This document shows, one piece after another, positions 42,417-52,111 of a stretch of DNA of 52,111 nucleotides. This DNA comes from Fidelibacterota bacterium (GTDB lineage: Bacteria; Fidelibacterota; UBA2242): assembly GCA_049975265.1 (NCBI GenBank), contig JBNGDF010000017.1, positions 1-52,111 of the forward strand, given 5' to 3'. The notes beneath the pieces are model-generated. The model did no database searches. It was not told the origin of the DNA and saw nothing but the letters and a program-made list of their open reading frames with translations. Each line of letters opens with the position of its first letter. Within the stretch, counting starts at the first letter, position 1. Position numbers and translations under genes: made by a program.

Positions 42417-43103
42417 ATGAAACCGTACCGGATTTTTTTGCTCATATTTGCCTTGTCTGTTGTTCCGAATGCCCAAAACCGACCCCAAATCTTTCATCAG
42501 ATTCCGAAAACATTTTCCTACGAACAGTTCGACTGGCTGCGTTGTGTCGTCGAATCCGGTGATTATCATCTGCTGAACGTGCGGTTTTTCGTCAGGGAAC
42601 CGGACAAAACCTTTTTCACCGAGTACCAGCCGATCAATGAAGACGGCGTCTATACCCTGCGCATCATTCCGGAAATGGTTCGGGGTGATTCGTTCAGTTA
42701 TTTTATCACCGCCGAATTTTCCGATTTTTCCCTGATCGCCTTTCCGGCAGAAAATCCCGAAGAGCATCCTATCGTCGTACCCATTGTCCAGGAAAAACGG
42801 GCGGTAAAGGTGATCTCCACCGCTGAGATTTCCAAAATATTCTGCGATTTGGGACAAAACATCGACCCTGTCCAGAGTGTCACCATTTACCTGCGATACG
42901 GTCAATCCGGGCGCTTTGCGCCTGAACCGATGAAATATCAGAAAGAGCGCTTTCAATATGCCGTCCGCGAAAGTACCGGTAAGGATGAAAAACTGTATTT
43001 TTTTATCATTATCCTCTTCAAGGATCAGACAACCCTGTCCTACCCATCGGAAGAATTCGACCGGCATCCGGACTACCGCATCCTGATGGGCAGACGAAAA
43101 TAA
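42417..43103 (+). CDS. Secreted hypothetical protein with two tandem similar beta-rich domains
   Basis: Signal peptide; the two halves share V..F/Y.R....F and YFI/FFII...F.D.....F/YP.E....HP. Confidence 0.6.
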   Translation: MKPYRIFLLIFALSVVPNAQNRPQIFHQIPKTFSYEQFDWLRCVVESGDYHLLNVRFFVREPDKTFFTEYQPINEDGVYTLRIIPEMVRGDSFSYFITAEFSDFSLIAFPAENPEEHPIVVPIVQEKRAVKVISTAEISKIFCDLGQNIDPVQSVTIYLRYGQSGRFAPEPMKYQKERFQYAVRESTGKDEKLYFFIIILFKDQTTLSYPSEEFDRHPDYRILMGRRK

Positions 43104-43161
43104 TCGATTCACAACGTAATAAACATTTGAGAATATTTTCACGATCACGTATATTCCCTTT

Positions 43162-44511
43162 ATGAAAGTGATTCTGAAAAGTGGTGCGATCATCAACCTT
43201 TTTCTGCTGCTTATTCTGACTAGCTCACCCGCTGTTGCCGGACCGGATAGTCTGTCCCGGGGTGAAATCTGGGTGCTGGAACTGGATGGTGTCATCAATC
43301 CCGTCGCCGCTTCCTACATCGGCGAAAATATCCGGAGAGGCGAAGAATCGGACATCGAATGCCTGGTTCTGAAAATGGACACCCCCGGCGGCTTAATGAC
43401 CTCCATGCGGGACATTATCAAGGATATTATGAATGCGGAAATTCCGGTAATTGTCTATATCAGCCCGCGAGGGGCGCAATCTGCATCCGCCGGGGTTTTT
43501 ATCACCGTCGCCGCCCATTTCGCCGCCATGGCGCCGGGTACCAATATCGGTGCGGCTCATCCGGTCAATCTCGGTGGCGGCGGCAGCCCCTTCGGCGGAG
43601 AAAAACCCGACAGCATTCAGACCAAAACCATGATGGAAAAGGTCACCAACGACGCTGTCGCCCAGATCCGCAGTCTGGCACATGAACGCGGTCGCAACGA
43701 GGAATGGGTCGAAGAGGCGGTGCGAAAAAGTGTCTCCGTCACCGAAACCGAAGCGCTGGAGCTGGGCATCATCGATTTAATCGCCGCCAGTGAAAAGGAA
43801 CTGATCGAATATCTCGACGGAAAAACCGCCAGGCTGCCCAGCGGTAAAAAGGTTCTGCATACACGCAACGCCCGGATCGTCAAACGTCCGCTCGGATTTC
43901 ACCGCAAGATTCTGAACGTCATCAGCGACACAAATATCGCCTACCTGCTGCTGATTCTGGGATTTTACGGGCTGTTCTTTGAAATTCGTAGTCCCGGGGC
44001 AATTTTTCCCGGCGTTTTGGGTGGTATTTTTCTAATTCTCGCATTCTTTGCATTTCAGGTTCTGCCGATTAATTACGCCGGGCTGGCGCTGATTATCGTG
44101 GCGATTATCCTGTTCATCCTGGAAATCAGCATCACCAGCTACGGTCTGCTAACCATAGGAGGGATTATTTCGATGATATTAGGTTCTATGATGTTGTATG
44201 ATGTCAGCGAAGCCCCCAGAGAGCTCTTTTCCGTCTCGCTGGCAGTCATTATTCCGATTGTCATCTGCACGGTGCTGTTTTTCGTTATTGCCCTCTCATA
44301 CGTGGTCAAAGCGCACAAAAACAAGCCCGCCACGGGAGTGGAAGGAATTGTCGGCGAAATCGGCGAAGCACTCACGGAAATTGCCGATTCCGGAACCGTC
44401 TCGGTTCATGGTGAAATCTGGCGAGCCCGGTCCGCCGAACCGGTCCCCAAAGGCGCCAAGATAGTCGTCAGAGCCGTTGACCATATGGTCCTTCTGGTCG
44501 AAAAAACGTAA
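43162..44511 (+). CDS. nfeD: NfeD long form (ClpP-like serine protease, TM region, OB fold)
   Basis: MDTPGG, SASAG, AMAPGTNIGAAHP, EK..ND, GEIWRA. Confidence 0.93.
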   Translation: MKVILKSGAIINLFLLLILTSSPAVAGPDSLSRGEIWVLELDGVINPVAASYIGENIRRGEESDIECLVLKMDTPGGLMTSMRDIIKDIMNAEIPVIVYISPRGAQSASAGVFITVAAHFAAMAPGTNIGAAHPVNLGGGGSPFGGEKPDSIQTKTMMEKVTNDAVAQIRSLAHERGRNEEWVEEAVRKSVSVTETEALELGIIDLIAASEKELIEYLDGKTARLPSGKKVLHTRNARIVKRPLGFHRKILNVISDTNIAYLLLILGFYGLFFEIRSPGAIFPGVLGGIFLILAFFAFQVLPINYAGLALIIVAIILFILEISITSYGLLTIGGIISMILGSMMLYDVSEAPRELFSVSLAVIIPIVICTVLFFVIALSYVVKAHKNKPATGVEGIVGEIGEALTEIADSGTVSVHGEIWRARSAEPVPKGAKIVVRAVDHMVLLVEKT

Positions 44512-44537
44512 TTCAATTATAAAATAAGGAGAAACTC

Positions 44538-45314
44538 ATGCAGCTGTCAATTTTAACCATCATTATCCTGGTATTGCTGATTCTGTCCAGCGCCATCCGT
44601 ATTCTGAAGGAATACGAGCGGGGTGTCATATTCAGGCTGGGACGGATGATCGGTGCCAAGGGTCCCGGACTGTTTTTGATCATTCCCTTCATCGATAAAA
44701 TGGTGCGGATCAGCCTGCGGACGATCGTGCACGATGTTCCCGCCCAGGACATCATTACCAAGGATAATGTCTCGGTCAAAGTAAATGCCGTGGTCTATTT
44801 CCGGGTCATGGACCCCACCAGAGCCGTCGTGGAGGTGGAAGACTATTTTTATGCCACTTCCCAGCTGGCGCAGACAACCCTGCGCAGCATCCTGGGCGAG
44901 AGCGAGCTGGACGAACTGCTCTCCAACCGGGAAAAAATCAATCTCGAGTTGCAAACCATCCTGGACAAGCACACCGACCCATGGGGAATCAAGGTTTCGC
45001 AGGTGGAAATCAAGCACGTCGATCTGCCCACTGAAATGCAACGCGCCATGGCAAAGCAGGCTGAAGCCGAACGGGAACGCCGGGCAAAAATCATCAATGC
45101 TGAGGGCGAATTCCAGGCTTCCGCCAAGTTGCGGGAAGCCGGTGAAATCCTGACCAAGGAACCCATTACGCTCCAGCTGCGCTATCTGCAAACTCTGCGG
45201 GAAGTCGCTACCGAAAATAATTCGACGATTATTTTCCCGCTGCCGCTGGACCTGGTAAAGCCTTTCCTGAAATTGCACGAGCTGATTCAGAAAGAAGAAA
45301 AACCAGCTGAATAA
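44538..45314 (+). CDS. SPFH/slipin (stomatin-like) protein
   Basis: [54 protein letters not shown]. Confidence 0.95.
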   Translation: MQLSILTIIILVLLILSSAIRILKEYERGVIFRLGRMIGAKGPGLFLIIPFIDKMVRISLRTIVHDVPAQDIITKDNVSVKVNAVVYFRVMDPTRAVVEVEDYFYATSQLAQTTLRSILGESELDELLSNREKINLELQTILDKHTDPWGIKVSQVEIKHVDLPTEMQRAMAKQAEAERERRAKIINAEGEFQASAKLREAGEILTKEPITLQLRYLQTLREVATENNSTIIFPLPLDLVKPFLKLHELIQKEEKPAE

Positions 45315-45600
45315 TCTTTTGAATTGTGTACTGCACAACTCCCGGTGAGAATCCTCCGGGAACTGTCTGATATCAACAATCGAAGGATTTCATCAAACAG
45401 CAGACCTGCCTGTCAAAAGGTCAACGATAGGTGTAGCGATTCTACCACACCCATTTCATAGCCCCTGCTACAGCCGAATCCCTCCGTATTGCGTATATTC
45501 CTGATGTACTTTTAAATAATGGTGATTACTCAAACCACGAACCCTGATAAATCCCGCTTTGTATAAACTTACATGTTTATACAAAGAATATCCCCTCCCG

Positions 45601-45634
45601 ACAACCCCGGCATCCTGCCGGGGTTGTTTTTTTT
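45601..45634 (+). terminator. Intrinsic terminator
   Basis: ACAACCCCGGCA-tcc-TGCCGGGGTTGT followed by a T tract. Confidence 0.8.
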
Positions 45635-45919
45635 ACGGAATGGAATTGTATACATGCCTCCCGGCACTCAACCCGGGAATGAGTAAATTTGATTTTCTTT
45701 GACCGGGTCAATATTTATATTAAATTTTTGACAGTTTGAAAGATGGTGACGGTCAAAGCAAATTGAAGAAGTCGTTCTTATCGATAAGATTCTGGTTATC
45801 AGAACCGGCAAATATATTGGTTTTGAAACTACTCTAAAAGACCAGTAGATGAATAGCACCACAAAACGAACCCCGAAACCGAAACCATTCATATTGACCA
45901 GTGTTGACAGGACCTTATT

Positions 45920-46966
45920 ATGAAAAATATTAAAATGCAAATCCAAAAGGGATTGGATAAAGGCAAAAAGACATTTCAGTTTGATAATGAACATGATCAA
46001 ACCAAACCAGCCGAATGGTGGTTTCAGAATATTCCGGAGGGATTGGTACTGTTCGTTGTATTTTATACCCAGGCGTGCCGCTGGGGACGCTGTCTCGGAT
46101 GCAATCTGCCGTCCAAAAGCGCCGCCGATCACGTGGATTACAAAGCCATCGTCTCCCAGATAGATTATCTGTTCGATTTGAAGATCATTCAGAAAAAACG
46201 CTTCCAGATTCGCAAGGTAATCGTGAGTAACAATGGCAGTGTCCTCGACGAGGATACCTTTAGCAGTACTGCTCTTATGTATTTGATGGTGAAACTGAAT
46301 CTCACCTTTCCCCATCTGTCAACTCTCTGTATCGAAACCCGTCCGGAATATGTGGAGGTTGAAGAACTGGAATTTCTCAGAAGGTCTCTCAATGAGGGAG
46401 ACACACCCACAAAGCTGGAACTGGCGATCGGTTTCGAAGTCTTCGATAACCGGATTCGAAATAAGATTTTTATGAAAGGACTCTCCCTGAACACTTTTGA
46501 AAAATTTGTGGAAAAAGTTGCTCCCTATAAATACGATATCAAATGCTACTTCATGCAAAAACCGGTCCCGGGGATGACCGATAAGGAAGCAATATCCGAT
46601 GTCAAGTCCGGAATCGATTATTTCAGCCGCCTGGCAGAGTACCACGATATTAATATCAATATGCATCTGAACCCCACCTTTGTAGCCAAAGGCACCGCCC
46701 TTGCCGAAGCGTTCTATCAGGGTGAATATAAACCACCAGCTTTGATGGATGTGGTAATATCTGCCCTGTATGCCGAAAAGAAAAGGTTGTCGCTTTTTAT
46801 TGGACTAAGCGATGAAGGTCTTGCAGTTGAACATGGTAGTCATATCAACGACGCCAATCTAGAAATGATAGACAAAATCGAACAGTTCAACCGGACCCAG
46901 TCCTACGAATTATTACATGAAGTTTTAATGGAAAACCTGGTTCCTTCAGAACTTTATTGTTCATAG
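45920..46966 (+). CDS. Radical SAM protein, TIGR01210/RaSEA (Elp3-related)-like
   Basis: TQACRWGRCLGC, NNGSVLDE, IETRPEYV, LAIGFE, CYFMQKP, NPTFVAKGT. Confidence 0.7.
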   Translation: MKNIKMQIQKGLDKGKKTFQFDNEHDQTKPAEWWFQNIPEGLVLFVVFYTQACRWGRCLGCNLPSKSAADHVDYKAIVSQIDYLFDLKIIQKKRFQIRKVIVSNNGSVLDEDTFSSTALMYLMVKLNLTFPHLSTLCIETRPEYVEVEELEFLRRSLNEGDTPTKLELAIGFEVFDNRIRNKIFMKGLSLNTFEKFVEKVAPYKYDIKCYFMQKPVPGMTDKEAISDVKSGIDYFSRLAEYHDININMHLNPTFVAKGTALAEAFYQGEYKPPALMDVVISALYAEKKRLSLFIGLSDEGLAVEHGSHINDANLEMIDKIEQFNRTQSYELLHEVLMENLVPSELYCS

Positions 46967-47119
46967 AAAGATAAATGAGCTCCCGGCACAATCCATAGCA
47001 GTCTTACCCTGGTTACCAAGTCGGGCTCATGAAGGGATAGTGCACCATTTAGTCTAATGCCGCTATTCGCTCCGGCTTGGTTTTTTCTTAATCTTTTTTT
47101 CCGCATTGATTAAATTTGA

Positions 47120-49129
<2,010 letters not shown>

Positions 49130-49190
49130 GTAAAGGCTCCTAACTTACCATATTATTTTCCAGAAGCTCGTCAATCAATAAAGATGCATT

Positions 49191-50579
49191 ATGAAAAACC
49201 GATTAGCGATTCTATTTCAATTTATCTTCATAATAACGTTCTCGACACTCCGTGCGAACCCCTATCCCGATCAGCACTATATCATCAATGGTCCGGACAG
49301 TCTGCTCCGGGATGCCGGGACGGTTCATAATATCGCCAAAAGCGCCGACGGTCAGTGTCTGCAACTGGTTGATTCGGCTCTGACCGGCTATATCATTCTG
49401 CGACCGCAACAGGCAGAGGAGTCCTTCAACCGCGGACTGCCATCCTGGAACGGCAGTGCACCGGACCTATCATCGTCTTTCAAAGTGCAGATGCGCTTCC
49501 CGTACGGCAGCGGCTGGTCCTCCTGGTTGACGGTGGGTTTTTGGAAAAACAATATCTGGTCCAGTTACGGCAGTACCAGTTTCGGAGACGGTTATGTCGA
49601 TATCGATTATGTCAAACTCTCCCGCTACAAGAGCGCGTGGCAGTTCGCCATCATTTTTGAACGGAAGAGCCTGGAATACCCCTCTCCTACGATTCACCTG
49701 CTGAGTTTTTTTGTAAGCGACAGCTGCACCACCGATAATGTGGATCATACCGCCCTGTTAAATGACAAACCCGCAGAAATTTTCATCCCCACCACCTTTT
49801 ATCACCAGACGTCACTGGACCCCGAGATCGGCGGCAGTATCTGCTCGCCCACCTCGGTTTCCATGATTTTACGCAGTTTCGATATCGCCGTGGAGCCGGT
49901 CCAATTCGCCCGGGATACCAGAGACCCCTATCATGGCATCTTCGGAGTATGGCCGCGGGTGGTGCAGAATGCCTCTGAATACGGCGTCACCGGCTATGTC
50001 ACCCGCTATCGCTCCTGGACTCAGGCGCGAGATGTTTTAGCACAAGGTGGTCGAATCGCCATGTCGGTGGGACAGCCGCTGTATGGCGGGCATCTGATGA
50101 TGCTGGCAGGTTTTGACGACAACGGCAATCCCATCGTCCACGATCCGGCTAAAAGCAATGGCTACGGCTATCAATTCAATAAACTGGACCTGGGAAAATC
50201 CTGGTTCGACAAAGGGGGGATTTCCTATACGTTTTTTCTCCCGGATTCCGGCACAACCACCCTCGCAGAACCGGTTGACCTGAGTGCAATCCTGCCGGAA
50301 TCCAGCCGGCTGATCCGCAGCTATCCGAATCCCTTTAATAACACTACCACGATCAAATTTCAGGTGGAAAAAGCCGCAAAGATCAATATTTCGATCTATA
50401 ATATCAACGGTCAGAAAATAACCACACTGTTGCATGAATATTTCGAAACCGGGAATTACTCCATTCCGTGGAACGGTACCGATCACGAAGGAAATTCCCT
50501 GGGCTCGGGAATCTATTTCGCCATTTATAAGACCGATAGTGGTCAGACATACTCCACATCCATGCATCTGATTAAATAA
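49191..50579 (+). CDS. Secreted C39-like cysteine peptidase with C-terminal T9SS-type-A/FlgD Ig-like domain
   Basis: Signal peptide; Q...ICSPTSVSM (Cys), GHLMMLAGF (His), VHDPA (Asp); YPNPFN..T.I.F and W.G.D..G..L.SGIYF. Confidence 0.8.
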   Translation: MKNRLAILFQFIFIITFSTLRANPYPDQHYIINGPDSLLRDAGTVHNIAKSADGQCLQLVDSALTGYIILRPQQAEESFNRGLPSWNGSAPDLSSSFKVQMRFPYGSGWSSWLTVGFWKNNIWSSYGSTSFGDGYVDIDYVKLSRYKSAWQFAIIFERKSLEYPSPTIHLLSFFVSDSCTTDNVDHTALLNDKPAEIFIPTTFYHQTSLDPEIGGSICSPTSVSMILRSFDIAVEPVQFARDTRDPYHGIFGVWPRVVQNASEYGVTGYVTRYRSWTQARDVLAQGGRIAMSVGQPLYGGHLMMLAGFDDNGNPIVHDPAKSNGYGYQFNKLDLGKSWFDKGGISYTFFLPDSGTTTLAEPVDLSAILPESSRLIRSYPNPFNNTTTIKFQVEKAAKINISIYNINGQKITTLLHEYFETGNYSIPWNGTDHEGNSLGSGIYFAIYKTDSGQTYSTSMHLIK

Positions 50580-50646
50580 GACAACATTTGTATAAATCAT
50601 GATAATTTCATATTATGCACCATTCAATTTGAAAATGGAGTGGCAT

Positions 50647-51895
50647 ATGAAGCATTTCTGTTTGTCTGTGATTTCAGCAATCCTGTTAACAATGATTTTC
50701 TCGTGTTCAGAGGAGACATTGGTCCTGTTCTCCGATAAAGACGAGATTCCTGTCGGAGCGTTGCTTTCGATTACCGGTTCGTGGGTATCACTCCGAGAAT
50801 CCTCTCAGAAGGCACTTGAATACAGTATGGCTGAGATCAATGACTATATACAGGGACTGGGTTATTCGACCCGTTTCAGGCTTTACATTGAGGATATGCA
50901 GACCGATCCGGAAACAGCTTTACAGAAATTGAAGTCATTGCATGCCCGGAATATCAAAGCGGTTATCAGACCACAGGCAAGTTCCGAAGTAAGCGCCTGC
51001 AAAGAATATGCGGATGAAAACGATATCCTTCTCATCAGTCATTCGAGTACCGCCCATGCGCTGGCAATCGAAAACGATAATGTTTTCAGATTCTGCTCGG
51101 ATGATCAGAGCGAAGGTAAAGCCGTGGCACAATTGATGTGGGAGGATGGCATCCGGGCGGTCATCCCCGTCTGGCGCAACGATACCGGTAACGCCGGGCT
51201 GCATGACGCCACAAAAACCGACTTCGAAAGCCGCGGCGGAACGGTATACGACGGCAGCATGTATACAGCCGGGACGGTCGATTTTACCAGTCATATTACA
51301 ATGGTTAAAACCCAATTAAATCAGGCAATCAATCAGCACGGCGCCGGGCAGGTTGCGGTTTACCTGGCTGCGTTCGACGAAGTAGTCGATCTGTTTACTC
51401 AGATTGCCAATGATACAGTTCTGAGTTCTGTCCGGTGGTACGGTAGTGACGGTGTGGCGCTCAGTGAAGGCTTAGTCAATAATCATCAGGCTGCGCAGTT
51501 TGCCGTGGCGACAGGCTATCCGAACCCGATCTACGGTTTCGATCCAAACGCCATTGATAAATACCAGCCTATTATCGATATCATCGCGGCTGAAATCGGT
51601 CACCCAACCGGATGCGTTTACACTGGCGGCGTATGATGCGCTCCGGGTTGTGGCACGCAGCTACATCGATTCCGAAATCAGCGACAATTTCGATATCTTT
51701 AAGAGTTCATTTATAAAAAATGCAGAATCCTACTTCGGGGCAACCGGCTGGACCGTCCTGAACGCTGCGGGCGATCGCAAGTACGGTAATTACGATTTCT
51801 GGGCTGTCACCGAAACCGATGAAACCTATTCCTGGGAAATGGTGGCGACGTACCTGTTCGATCCTGCCAGTACGGGGGATTTAGTCCTCTACTGA
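50647..51895 (+). pseudogene. Branched-chain amino acid/LivK-type ABC substrate-binding lipoprotein interrupted by a frameshift near 51601-51606
   Basis: Lipobox IFSC; VGALLSITG, NVFRF..DD..EG. The C-terminal PDAFTLAAYDAL...GATG...LNAAGDR continues in another frame. Confidence 0.75.
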
Positions 51896-52018
51896 GAAAA
51901 CGAAAAAGCGGAATGCGGTGAAACGGCACCATATAAGTTGAACGATTTAATATTCGCAAAATCCGAAATCTTCAACCAAAATATATCTTAGTGCTTTCCG
52001 GAATGACGCTATAATAAC

Positions 52019-52059
52019 AAAAAATCCCTTCGATGCCCGGACGGGTAATCGGTAAGGGA
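52019..52059 (-). terminator. Probable intrinsic terminator of a convergent gene beyond the window end
   Basis: Minus strand TCCCTT..CGAT..CCC/GGG.ATCG.AAGGGA followed by TTTTTT. Confidence 0.5.
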
Positions 52060-52111
52060 GTCCGTCGCCGCTGCGCTCTGCCGGGTAAACTGATTTATGC
52101 GTTTTTGAGGC

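Noticed and set aside
45668..46315. 215-aa minus-strand ORF over the radical SAM gene
   Set aside because: Antisense shadow with no motif support.
52005..52111. TATAAT plus hairpin as a plus-strand riboswitch or RNase P/6S start
   Set aside because: No consensus match. It is better explained as a minus-strand terminator with a T6 tail, and it is truncated by the window end.

Overview
About 52 kb of bacterial chromosome, probably from an FCB-superphylum organism such as Marinisomatota, KSB1 or Calditrichota. That placement is an inference from a YPNPFN sorting domain, a DUF5916 protein, a mitochondrial-type aconitase and a hisGDC(NB)HAF(IE) operon. The window is mostly housekeeping: an etfB-etfA-acyl-CoA dehydrogenase operon; a CatA-like acetyltransferase; the complete his operon; a 16-kb minus-strand run ilvD-ilvB-ilvN-ilvC-cimA-leuA-leuC-leuD-leuB-acnA-icd-gltA; pdp and lptF/G; envelope lipoproteins and a barrel protein; nfeD-SPFH; ligA; a C39-like peptidase; and a frameshifted solute-binding protein. 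Direct reading found two leader-peptide attenuators missing from the ORF track, one His and one Ile/Leu/Val, each with promoter, antiterminator and terminator. The most unusual locus is 45.3-47.0 kb: an AT-richer, stand-alone bacterial radical SAM gene resembling the archaeal TIGR01210/RaSEA family. It has a Cx4Cx2C motif, an ATGA-coupled 24-aa upstream ORF, flanking 10-bp direct repeats and an adjacent structured non-coding region. No CRISPR array, rRNA, tRNA, transposase or prophage was seen. All family assignments come from motif recognition, not database searches.
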